DNA of 64,000 nt, from NCBI GenBank assembly GCA_013265495.1, contig MU058423.1, forward strand, positions 9,409,627-9,473,626, given 5' to 3'. Positions 25,461-37,823 of the stretch are shown here, piece after piece. The position numbers were made by a program, and so were the translations under genes. Source of the stretch: Vicugna vicugna (Eukaryota). How positions within the stretch are numbered: position 1 is the first letter of the stretch; the number at the start of each line of letters is the position of its first letter. The notes beneath the pieces are model-generated. The model was not told where the DNA came from, ran no database searches, and worked only from the letters and a program-made list of their open reading frames with translations.

Positions 25461-26169
25461 CTGAAATAAAAAAAAATGTTCCAGCATAATCTATTTTTTT
25501 CAGTTGGTTTACGTATATTTCCTTGGGGATAGTGTCATTATCAAATGGCTGGCCAGTGGTGTGCTCTTGCCACTGGTACGAAGCTGCTATGAAACTTCTA
25601 TTTCAAAGCAAAGGGGAGCAAAGGGAGGCATTCAAAGCGCTTCACTGATGGAAACTGATAGAAGGTGCTTTTTCAAAGGCAGCTTAAAAATATTTTAATG
25701 TCTTTCCTCCTCCAACCCCCTCAGTTTTTCTATCTTCCCCATTAAGCCTAGCAAAATTGAGCTACTGAGTGCTGCAATGGAAAACGTGACTTTTAAGGAG
25801 GGAGTTTTGAAATAGGCATGAGGAAACATTGTGAAGAGAGAGAGACTGTTCCTGGCACGGGGCTGAAGATACTGCTAGGGGAAAGGTCTGCTTATGGTGG
25901 AAAACAGGGCGGACTACGGAGACTCAGAACACTAGGAGGGTAGAAAGTGGGACTGTTTCCTCCTGGACACCTTGTTATGGGAATAGAGAGAGAAAAAGGG
26001 ACTAGATAATGCATGTTAACACTAAGGGGACTTCTAGCGGAGGTCTAAAAAAATTATGAATAAATATAGTATCTTTCACTAAGTTTAAGTTGCAATACTT
26101 TATAAAACCAAGACAGCATAACTATTAATACACAGACATGGTACTTTTTTTTAGAAAATATAGCCTGTA

Positions 26170-26385
26170 TACTGAATAGCCTGGTTTCAGTTTTTGGCCC
26201 TGCCACTTGCTAGCTCTCTGTCCTAGGGCAAAATCCTTAACTTCGTTCCTCAATTTCCTCATCTGTAAAATAGGGGTAATAAGACATCCACTTCATAAGA
26301 TGTGAGCATTAAATGAGCTAATATATGCAAAAGTTCCTAGAACAGTGCTTGACGCATAGTGCTCTGTATGTATTTGTTTGATGAA
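26170..26385 (+). mobile_element. MIR SINE
   Basis: CTGCCACTTGCTAGCT...CCTCAATTTCCTCATCTGTAAAATAGGGGTAATAA...TAGAACAGTGCTTGAC. Confidence 0.8.
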
Positions 26386-26559
26386 ATTAAATAAATAAAC
26401 ATATAACCTGTTAGTCACATGGAAAGCAACACACTAATTCTGATAATGGTTTCATTGGCCTGAAATGTTCTAGAAACTCTGTCTGGAATTGTTTGAGATG
26501 TTTTACAAGCTATACAAAAAAGACCTTATTTCCTGATTTTTGACCAAAGGTGACATTCT

Positions 26560-26805
26560 CCTCCATCTTATTTATAAAAGTTGATCTGAAATCTGCTTTC
26601 AAAGTTGAAAACTTCCAAAGGTAAACGTTGTTGCCAATGAAGACATCATAAAGAATTTGAAGCAGGCTCAGAAGGTAATTTAGAAAGAAGAGTTCCAAAG
26701 ATATATGGCAGCATTATTGAAACAAGTGCACGGTTTCCTGATGTGACTCCTTCTGAAGATAAAAACTCCTTTTTGATGTATCAGTTCAGGTACATTTGTT
26801 GAAGA
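26560..26805 (+). mobile_element. MARNA-like mariner relic
   Basis: AAGAGTTCCAAA...ATGGCAGCATTATTGAAACAAGTG...GTGACT...TTGATGTATCAGTTCAGGTACATTTGTT resembles the recalled MARNA 3' part. Confidence 0.6.
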
Positions 26806-27049
26806 GAAACAACATGTTGCTGGCCAAATTTATGTCATGTTTCTTTTTGTAAGAAGCACACGTGACCTCATCAGTATTACTGTTAAAATTTCATAAACAG
26901 CTCTTTCGGAGAAAAAAAGCCAGGCAACCATCATGGGTCTTCAGATTTACTTTTTTCTTTGGATGAAATCTGGTCATTAGGAATAAAAACTATGAAAACC
27001 ACTGTGAGTCGGTTCTCCACTATATCTAGGGACTGTTATTGAGCAAATA

Positions 27050-27305
27050 TTAGTAATGTTTTAAATATATTGTGCCAAACATTTGGTAAGTAATTTACGG
27101 GCAATATTTAACTCCATTGTCATAACAACAGAGATATAATAACATTACACTTAACAGTCATGATAACAAACAGATACTGTAATAATTTTCATGTTACAGA
27201 AGAGGAAATAGAAGTTTTGAGGGATTAACTAACCAACCCAAGTTCTTACTCTAGTAAGTGGCAGAGCCAGGATTTGAACCCAGGCAATTTGAGTTCAGCC
27301 TCCAT
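27050..27305 (-). mobile_element. MIR SINE
   Basis: CTAGTAAGTGGCAGAGCCAGGATTTGAACCCAGGCA (reverse MIR head). Confidence 0.75.
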
Positions 27306-28499
27306 GATCTTAGCCAGTTCACGACACCATTTTCCCGAGTGGGAAGTTAGTTCGGCTTCTCCCGACTTCCCTCCTTGTCCTGCCCGTTGTGAAGCCCTGA
27401 GGCCTGGAGGCAGTGCCGGCACAGCTAGCACAGGAGGGGGGCCCCTCACCGGAAAGGAGCACGTTCTCACTTCCCTGCGTGCTGGCGCGTAACTGCCCAC
27501 CCCTCTCTCTCTGGACAGCCCCTAGAGAGGAGCACGCTATGTATGTGTAACTGCGATGTGGGACCCAGCGACGCCTCCCCACCCCTGTCGATAGCCAGTT
27601 TGGGCTGGTTGGTTCATCTCAGGGTTAGTAATGAGGTAATAAAAGCTGTGGGTAGAGGCAAGGCGTTTGAAGTGTTTTGGCAACATGATGCTTACAGAAG
27701 GGTTGCTAAGGAATACCAGTGTTTTGTCACTCGGAGGTAATGCGATGCCTCTCTCCTATCAGTCTAGGTAGTTAAGAAGGTAATTTTATAATGTTATAGG
27801 CGTGACTCTTAAGATAGGAGTAGCTTTTCCTCCTAAGATATTCACCAACTGCAGATTATTATCCTTTTGCCAAATTTCATAAAGATCTATAAGCATTACT
27901 GAAAAGCAGTATGGCAACAATTCTGTTTCATTAAGGCAGAATAAACTATAAGGCAAGCTTAAGTTGTACATGTAGTTCTAATGCCATAGCCGGCTAATTC
28001 CTTCCCAAATTATCATGGAGGAAATAGATGTGAAATGCCATCTGCTTCCCAGAATTTCTCCAGAAGCTTGAGCATCTCTCTACACACCTGTTGTAATCTG
28101 GCACATGAGATATTTATTATTGTTAACCATTATGAGTAACTTAGATGGCTGTTCAGTTCTTCAATGCTCAACCAACAAAGACTTTTTGTTCAACGAACAA
28201 TTGCCTAGATTTTCAGCTGTTTGACTTGGAATATTTTAGAAGCTGACACCCACAGATTCCAATTCTGTAAAAGGCTACCTCTTAATTATTTCAAAAATTA
28301 ATTTATTTATCTTGTGCAACTCTAAAGCTTTAATGACCATTTATGATTCAATGATATTACTGCCATCACATAATTGTTAAAAGTTAGCACAATACGTAGG
28401 AATGTATTTTACAGATATTATTGGTGGACAATTAGCTAATATTCTAAAATGCTTGAATCTGTCAAGAAGGGAGGATTGATCCTGAGTTATTTAACTTTA

Positions 28500-29600
28500 A
28501 ATTTATCTGATACTTAGGGACTTCTGTACAAATACTATTCAAGGTGATGTTAGGAGTTGTGCAATGTTTAACAATTATTCAGAAGTAGATACCTTCACCA
28601 AAGAACTGACATTCTCTTAAAGGAGAAAAATCACTTGTGCAAGGAACTGTACAAATAAAGTGCTAAACGTCGTTAGTAAGGCACAAGTGAGGTACGTGAG
28701 AGTGGAGGGAAAACGGGGAGTGGTCGCTTCTTGCTGATGTGGCTGGGAGAGGCTTTGAAGTAGCGCCCACACAGAGTGTGCTGGGGAGTTGCTGAGGGCA
28801 CTGGAGAGTGCAGAGAAAGGGCATTCAAGCCGAACATTCATTGTGAGCAAAGGCCTGGAAGTAGAAAATTGGAACGTTATTTGGAACAGCAAGTCTGGAA
28901 TCTTAAGTTGTCACACAGGGATTAGTGGGAAGTAAAATAAGAAAACAAGATGAGGGTAAACCCTCAGTGGAGAATGCTGGCGAGGCAAGGGGTTTAGAAT
29001 TTATTTATATATTGAGATAGGGGGCAATGAAAGGTTTTCAGAGGCAGAGGAAAGATAGAGTTAAAACCATGTTTTAAGAAGTGTACTATAGTCTGATTGT
29101 GTAGGTATTGAAGGAGGACAGCTTGAAGGGGATAATCAGGCTACAAGTTATATATAAGATCAAGAGAGCTTGAATAAGAGGTAGCAGAGGGGTGTGGATG
29201 TCAGAGATACCAAAAGAGTTAAACGTAGCAGGACTTGGCCACTGCTGATAGATGAGTTCAGGAGAGGAAGAAGTGGGAGTGTGTATGGGCTTTTACACCT
29301 AGGTAACTGAGAGGACAGCAGAACCACTGACAGAAATAAGAAATTCAGGAGGAAAAAGAGGGAGGGAAGATGGTGATTCGCATCACGTTTGGATGGTGGT
29401 TCGCAACAACCAGGTGGCATTATCTGGTAAGTAGTTGAAATGTTGGGTGGAGAGAGATCAGAAGAAAAGTCAGAGCTAGAGATAAAGACGCTCGAGTTTT
29501 GGAAGGGATAGCTGAGGCCAGGAGACGTTTTTATGAAAAGTAAAGGCGATCTAAAGACAGAGCCTTCTTGAAGCACCTACATTTATGGGGTATTGGAGGA
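28500..29600 (-). mobile_element. L2 LINE fragment
   Basis: G/A-rich decayed L2 motifs (AAGGTTTTCAGAGGCAGAGG; GACAGAGCCTTCTTGAAGCACCTACATTTA). Confidence 0.65.
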
Positions 29601-30249
29601 AGGAATCCATATTTATTTTGGGATCAATCAGATACTATTGATAATAGAACTTGGTGAATTGGGCCAATTCAGTTAGTCAAAAGGTTTCAGATTTTGATGG
29701 TTGTAACAATAGTTAACATTTACTGAGAACTTTTTAATGTGTCAGGAACTACTTAAAGCCCTTAAATGTATCGATTAATTTAATTTCCCCCAAATGCTTA
29801 TGCGGTAGGAACCACGTTTATCCCTGTTATGTAGGTAAAAAACTGAGGATATCTAGATCATGGGAATTCAGTAGATATTGATTTTAACATGACTTTTGAC
29901 AAAATTTCTTATTTTATTCTTTTGGAGATGTGTGTAAATGTGAACATAAATTAATATTTATTTGAAAGTGATTGTCTTAACTTTTTTTTAAACCAATGTT
30001 CTGTAAGAAGAGGTAGAAAACTGAATCTAAACCCAATAAACAAATAAACAGAAACATATTGAGGTAACTTTCTGAATCAGAATCTTAATGGTGAAGTGGG
30101 GGTGTGCTGGAAGATTTTTTGCTAAAAACTGCCCCAGGTGACTTTAGTGAATAGCTGGGTTTGGGAACCAATGAAATAAAAGATGACCGAGTTAAGACTG
30201 TGAAACATCTTGTCTGTTAGGAAGGATGGATCCAAATTAATGATTAATT

Positions 30250-32610
30250 TTACTATCAATAAATGTAAACTGTGAAACCTATAGGATATGTTAATTGTAG
30301 AACATTTGAAAAATCTACATTTAAAGAAAAATATAAAAATCCCCCATACTCCCACTACTTTAGAGATATTGTCTTTATTTTGGTGCATTTTATGCCAATC
30401 ATTTTTCAATAAACCCAAACCACAGATATGCACGCTTACACGCAAGTGTGCAAACCAGACAAGGAGTTTTGTGTTTCCTCTTTTGCACTTAATATTGTGT
30501 CACACGCATTTTTCATTCATTACATTTTATTAATAAAAATGTTGAATTTTATTCAGAATATCATAATTAGCTTAATCAGTCTCATTTCTGCCTTTTAGAT
30601 TGTTTTAATCTTTTGCTGTTGTAAGTAGTTGTGTGATCAAGTTCCTTGTATGTAAAGTTTTGACCACTTTTGTCTGATTATTTCCTCAGGATGGGTCCCT
30701 AGAATTTAATCACCTAGTCAAGGGGTAGCAATGTTTTAAACATTCTTGATGCAGATTGGTAAAAAGACTTAAATGAAAAGGTATTTTAACTTATATTCAC
30801 AAAACAGTATCCATTGCCTCACTTTTACTAATTTTGAATAGAAGATCCATTAAAAATGTAAATAGAGCAAAAGTAGTGTCTTATTTTGATGTCCTAATGA
30901 GATTTCTGGGATTAGTGTGGTCAAATATTGTTTATAATTTTCTTGGCTATTTAATTGTTTTTAATTGCCTGTTTTTAATGTATACTCATGTTTTAGTAAA
31001 GCCTGTTAATTATTTACTTAATAATTTGTAAGATCTCTTTGAGTTAGGAAACCTTTTGTTTTCCATACTAGTTGGAAACAATTTTTTCTGTTTGCCTTTA
31101 AATTTTGTTTATGGTGTTTCTAGAAGTATTGAAAAGATTTTTTTCTATTGCTTTGCTTTTTTTAATACCTTTTACTATCTGAGATATAGTAATTGTTCAT
31201 CTGTATTTTCCTCCAGTTTTCTAAAGTGTTAAAAAACAAAAACCTCCTAAACCTAGCTACATTTATTTTGATTTATTGTAAATGCTGAGGATCTAATTTT
31301 TTTCTCCAAATTTTAACTAATCTGAAGATTTACCAATTGATTTACTTTAGTTTCACTCACTAACTTTATCATTTACTAACTTTTAACATTTACCATTTTT
31401 TAAAATGTATATTAGGGTCTGGTTCCGGGTCATCTGTACAGTGTCTTTAATTACAGACTTTGGTACCAATTCTCTATAGCACCAATGAGATAAAGAAACA
31501 TTTTACTGGACAAGTTTTCATTTATTGCTTTTATCTAAAATGTCTTGATTAGTAGCAGTAGTTTATTTTTCTGGTTAGACTTTGGATTCATTTTGTTAAA
31601 TTCTAATAGAAACTAAATTGAAAATTCAAACAATTCTTCATCCCTCCAAACCAAAAGAAAAAATCTACCAACCAGCCAACCAACCAAAACTGCACACACC
31701 ATGATGGGATTTTAAAAGTTACTCATAATAGTAATTGTCATTGTCCAGAGATAATCAGAGATCGATACTGTCATATATGATTTTATATCTGTGTGATAAT
31801 TATAGTTCATATAAAATTAAAATTGTTTGTTACATGTTTAGTATTTATTAGACTTATTTCTTTTAATATATCATGAACATAATGATATACCATGTCATTA
31901 GTCTTCTTCTAAATTATTTTTCATGGCTATATGTTATTCCATTATATACATATTCCATATTATTCCATTATATACATATACACATATATGCATTATATTT
32001 AGTCTAAATTATTTTTAATGTCTGAATATTATTCCATTATATTTATGCAATATATACATATATATGCACTATAGTTATTCAGCTAATCCCCATTTTTGGA
32101 CATTGAACTTGCTGTTTCTTTTGTGCTATAAGAAATAACTGTTATGTTGTGAACATCTTAGGAGTTCATCTTGTGTGCATCCCTTATTTTCCTTTGGTGT
32201 AACTTCACTTGTTAATGAAATTCTTGGTAAAAGATCAAGCAGGTTTTAGTTTTCTTTTACCAATTGCCAAATTATCCTTTTAGCAATTTCCTGCTGCCAC
32301 TGGCAGTGAATAAGAATGCCTCCTTAGGGATTTTGATTGAAATTGCATTAAACTTAAAATAAATTTGGAAATATATGACAGCTTTTTTGTGTTCATACTT
32401 TACCCCCAGACACATCTATTTTATTGCTTAGTAAAGTTTCATTATATAAATTCTGCACATTTCCTAAGTAGGATTTTTTTAGGTTTTAACAGTTTTTTTT
32501 TAAAAATGTTGTAGCCATCAAGAATGGGATACTCTCACATTACATTTTCTGACCAATTATTATTTTTCAGAAGCTATTGTATTTTGTATATTCATTGTGT
32601 ATCTGACTTT
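30250..32610 (-). mobile_element. Highly decayed L1 (L1ME-like) fragments
   Basis: Very T-rich; motifs such as GGGATTTTGATTGAAATTGCATTAAA, TATTCCATTATAT and ATTTTGTATATTCATTGTGTATCTG. Confidence 0.6.
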
Positions 32611-35464
32611 TGAGCTTTCAAGTTAATTCTTTCCTTAACTTAAGAGACACTGGAGTACTAGAGAGTTTATCAACTTTCCCAGGCCATATGGTTGGTCCAG
32701 TGTTGGAACTGGTGTTGAACCTAACGTTCTGTAATTTCAGAGATGATACTTTTTATACCACCCCTTATCACTTCCCAAATATATCATTAGAAACACAATT
32801 CGCCAAACAAGGGAAATGACAGCACTAAGGGCTCTGTACTGGCCAGAGTGTTCTGCTCAGCTCTCAGCACCACGTTGTAAGAGTGACACTGACATTGAAA
32901 AGAGTGTCTAGAACGAGACTGTGATGTGAGGAATGGCTGAACTCAAGAAAATGCAGTTGTCCAGCCTCAGTGGCCAGAGTCATGATGACTGGGTGGAAGT
33001 TAAAGCAAACTCGATTCTGGCACTTTATGCTGGAACTCTTAACGCAGAGAGCTGTCCTTAAAGGGAACAGGGTATCTTGGGAGGTATTAACCACCCGCTA
33101 GCGGAAGTGCAGGAGAACCTGGGTGAGCATCGCTTGAGCACAGCGTAACGGAGATGGGACTGTGGACAAAGAAACCCCTGTCTTCTCTTGATTCTACGAT
33201 TATTTCTGCACTTAGCTTTGAAAAAACGCTAACTCTTAAGTTAGCCATAGGAACTGGATGTGGTTATTGCTACTACTTAGGGGAGGAATTAAAAAGCACA
33301 CATTTTCTAAACCTCATATATCCAGTAACTTTAGTCTGCTTTCCCAGCCTTATGACAAATTCTGACAGATCTCTACATGGAATCCAGTTTGTATTATTTT
33401 TTTATTCTTCTGTCTACTCTTTCTTGTTTGTTCTAATGAATAGTGGCAAAACAAAACAAGGCTAAACAACAAACACAAAACCAGCCCCTGAAAAATCAAA
33501 GGGTGATGGTAAACTTGGCCGTGTCTTCAGTAAAAAAAAAAAGTCTGTTAGCAGGCTAGACAGTCATTAGCTTTCTACCTCCTTTCAGATTGATGGTATC
33601 CACTCATTCATTTACTCGTTCAATATGGTTTGTTGTTTTCATGTGTGAGCTCAGGGCTGGAGGCTGTGAGAGATGCGGCAATGCTTTTGCCTTAAGAAAT
33701 GCTGGCTGGAAGGGTAGAGACTGTGAAATGAAAATGGAATGGAGAGAAAGCAATGAAGCCTTAGTATATGAGATGCTCTGAAAAATGATTCTGGTCCAGC
33801 TCTGTTAAAACAATAACAAATGCTTCTAAAAGGGCATCTCATTCTTTGCTTTCCTGCGTCTACCCCTCTCAGCCTGGGGGGAGAGGAGAGGAGACTGAAG
33901 GATGTGAAGGGACTGGTTTGGGTTAAAAATGTAGTGACGGGGAGCAGCACCTACATAGATTCTTCTCTGCTCCACTTCAAACTCTGCTAAGAGTGAACAA
34001 CAGAGGAAGTTCTGAATGAGGGTGAGGTTTATAGTTTTGATGTTTATTAGAATTTATAGTGATGTCATGAACAGAGACTGACATTTGCTACTATTTAACT
34101 AAGCCCTCAACTTTTCTTGGTCTTAGGTTTTTCACGTATAAAATGGGGATGGTAACATCTGCTTCTGAAGATGCTCCTAGGACTGTTGGATAAATAAGGT
34201 AATGAATTTGAAAGTTTTTATTTTTAAAGCCTAAATGCTGTGCAAGAATAGTGCTGTTATTATTAATTGCAGAATTCTTGTGCTTAAGTGATGTCCTTTG
34301 CTTCCTGTATTTGTGAGCACAGATTGAGTTTTGAGTAACGGTTGAAGCTCCTTTTAACATGTTGCATCACCCCATGTCAATCATTGATGCGATTACATTG
34401 AAAATTTGATGCTTAGGATGGAAGCCAGTTTCGACTTCCATTCAGAGGCTCAGAAGATAACCTGGCTCTATGTTTCATATGGTTTGACTGAATCCACTCA
34501 ATCACTGGGGTTTTATGTAAAAACTGTCAACATAGATCTCACTCAAACTGCTCCTATGGTGTTTTAGGAAAATAGACACGTCACAGGGTTCCTGGTGAAG
34601 AAACTTCTGGAGGCACTACATTTTCAGGGAGTCTCTTCCCAGAATGACGGCACTGCCATATAAATAAGATATTCTTATTTTATTTTAAGAGAAGCTAGTG
34701 TGAGACGAGGTTAGGAAGTGGAAGCTCTGCTTTGGTTTTTCAGCCTGAACTGTACTGCCCTTGTTTAGACTCTTGTTAGACTTTGTCACTCAGCCTCTGG
34801 TTCGTTTTAATCACGGTTTTCTAAAGAAGCAGATTTCCCTTCTCCCTGTCCAGTAATGTTCAGAAAGTTCATGGGGATCCTCGTCTGTAGAGGGCTTTGC
34901 AAAGCAGCATTATCACTCCGTAGCACACTGGAAAACCTTTCCCCGGTTATCAAGAAGCAGTTTCCCTAATAAGCTATCAAAATCATCGTACCTCATCACA
35001 CGGCCTCCTTTGTGGGTGGGCTATTTTGTTTGGCAAGGAGATGTGGGCCAGCACATTTGTTTGAAGAAACCTTTCCTTCTCTGGAAGAAACATGTAATCT
35101 CAGTACAGCACTGTGGAAAACAGTGCGGAAGCTTTATTGTTTGAATATACCGGCATAGGACATCTTTATTTAGGCGATTTCTACGTCTCCACATACCATC
35201 TTTATGTGACTGTCTTGGGATGCCCATGACAGACAGGGAGTTCTTCCCGCAACTTTGTCTTAGTCATGAGGTCCACTGGAATAGTTGTTCGTTGTGCTTT
35301 CTTTTATCCATTATTACTTTAAGGGGTCCTCAGAGCTCTAAATAACACAATGATCCAAACGCATGTGATGGTCTAAATTTTGTCGAGATCCGGGCTGGCC
35401 TGTTCTTGCTTTCATGCTCTCATTTGTACGGGAAGAATGAACGGAGGGGAAAAGTGTGTGACCA

Positions 35465-35651
35465 ACCTGGGCTTCTCAGGCATGTCACCTGTGAAGTCGT
35501 GCACAGCCCCAGGCTCAGGAGGGCCCAGACTTCAGTCTTCATGCTGTTAAACTTCATGCTGTGACCATGTTGAAATTTACAATGCTTCTTGAGCAGGGGT
35601 CCCCACATAGTCATTGTACACTGAGCCCCACAAATTATGTAGCCGGTCCTA
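35465..35651 (+). mobile_element. MER91A-like hAT element
   Basis: GCTCAGGAGGGCCC...TTGAAATT...GCCCCACAAATTATGTAGCCGGTCCT matches the recalled consensus. Confidence 0.75.
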
Positions 35652-36968
35652 TTTTGAGGTCATTAACTGTCTTATTAACTGTGAGGAGATCCCAGATATT
35701 GGGGGAAAAAAAAGGAACAAGATGAGGTGCAGTGTCCAGTGATGGGGAACATGTGCTAACGAGGACCTGTGTGGATTCACGTTATTATTCTAACAGCGGT
35801 CTTTGTATTGGGTAGATTTCTGTTTTATATGAAGAACTTTCAGCCTCCTACATTCCTATGTTTACAAGTCAAGAAGAAATTCCTTGGGAGTGGAACAAAA
35901 TAGGGAGTGGATCTGGGGAAATGTGAGAGCTCTTGATTATTTTGCGTCATGAGCCGCTTTGGCTGGCAAATCTGGCTCTGTTGCTGAAATTCCAGGGTTG
36001 GGGCTTTATATGGCTCATGGCCAAATGGAGTTGGTCCTAGGCAGGTGCTTGTTCTTGTGATTATTCTGTTTGTCTAACTTTTGACAAAGCCCCCCTCCTT
36101 CGTCTGTGCTCAAATGTCACCCTCTCTGTCGGGCCCATCCTGGCCAGTCTGCTGCAAATCACAACTCAGCTCACCCCACTCCTGACACTCCTGTTTCCCC
36201 TATTTTCATTCAAATGCATAAGATCTGGCACACAGTAGGTGCTCAATAACTATTAATTAAATGAAGGAATGAAAGGATGGATTGATCACATGCATGTCTA
36301 ACAGTTAAAAGCCTTGATGAGAGTCAGAATGTCAGCTTTATTCTTACCCCCTTTCTCCTCAGCTGAGTTTGCTCCCTGTAAATTGATTCTAGTTCTCAGA
36401 ATTCTTCTGAGCTCACTCTCCAAAACCGCACTATTTTTGTGACTCTGTAATCTCTGGCCAGTTTAAGATCGAGGAGTTTTCCAGGCTGAGGGGCCCCATA
36501 TCGCTTAGCAACAATATTTTCTAATGTCACCATGGGAATGGAGTTAAGACCACATGTTCCTTGTGGAGGAGGATGTGGACGTCCATAGGGTGGTACTGCT
36601 CATAAGGGGATCTTTCTGAGGCAAATTCACCTGGGCCTTCTCACCATTTTTTGGTGTGGGCCATGTTAGCTCCCAGAGGGGAGCTCTGTGGGGATGACTC
36701 TGTCAGTCCTTCACCTCACTCTTTCCGAGAACGCTGGGGACAGTTCTGGCAATATTCAAGGTGAGATTCAAATGACTAGCCTACTCCAATAGCTATGAAA
36801 ACCAGCTACCTGTTACAATACGTACTAACTTGAAAAAATCTTCAAAAGACTTTATAATCAATGTAATATTTAATTAGTTTGAGGTATCCTATTCTCCACT
36901 TATAATTGAAAACTGAACTCTGGCTAAGAGATACTTTGACCATTAATTTCATAAGGGAAGCTTTGGTA

Positions 36969-37823
36969 CAGGTGTACCTTGTTTTACTGTGCTTCAACTT
37001 AATTTCACTCCACAGATACTGATTTTTTTTTCACAAATTGAAGGTTTGTGGCAACACTGTGGGGAGCAAGTCTATTGGTGCCGTTTTCCCAACATTTGCT
37101 CACTTTGATAATTCTCACAATATTTCAAACTTTTAAATTATTATTATATTTGTTATGGTGATCTGTGATCAGTGATTTTTTTTTTATCATGAGCAGTCAT
37201 TTTTTTAAAAAAATTGAAGTATAGTTAACTTATAATCTTATGTTAGTTTCAAGTGTACAACATGGCAATTCAGTATTTTTATAGATCATTCTCTATACAA
37301 GTTATTAAAAATATTGACTGTATTCCCTGTGCTGTGCATTTCATCCTTGTAACTTTAAAATTTTATACCTAGTCGTTTGTACCTCTTAATCCGCTTCACC
37401 TATTTTGTCCCTCCCCTGAACCTTCTCCCTACTCTGGTAACCACTAATTCTCTGCGTTTGTGAGTCTGTTTCTGTTTTGTTATGATTGTTAGTTTTATTT
37501 TTTTTAGATTTCACACATAAGTAAAAACATCCAGTATTTGTCTTTCTCTTTCTGTGATCAGTGACCTTGATGTTACTATGGCAAAAAGATTATGACTCAC
37601 TGAAGACTCGTGATGGTTAGCATTTTTTTAGCAATGAAGTATTTTTTAATTATGGTATGAACATTTTTTTAGACATAATGCTATTGTGTTATTGAATATA
37701 GTGTAAACATTGCTTTTATCTGCTCTGGGAAACCAAAAATAATTCCTGTGACTCATTTTATTGTGACGTTTGCTTTATTGCAGTAGTTTGCAACTGAACC
37801 TGCAACTATATGAGGTCTGCCTG
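36969..37823. mobile_element. Internally deleted Tigger1-family (Tc1/mariner superfamily) DNA transposon, interrupted by L1
   Basis: TA at 36967-36968 and 37824-37825; termini CAGGTGTACCT...AGGTCTGCCTG; both ends match recalled Tigger1 termini (ACAAATTGAAGGTTTGTGGCAAC; GACTCATTTTATTGTGAC). Confidence 0.88.
37176..37550 (-). mobile_element. 5'-truncated L1 3' end inserted into Tigger1
   Basis: Poly-T then AATTGAAGTATAGTT...CAGTATTTGTCTTTCTC (L1 3' UTR, reverse strand); perfect 14-bp TSD TCTGTGATCAGTGA at 37162-37175 and 37551-37564. Confidence 0.9.
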
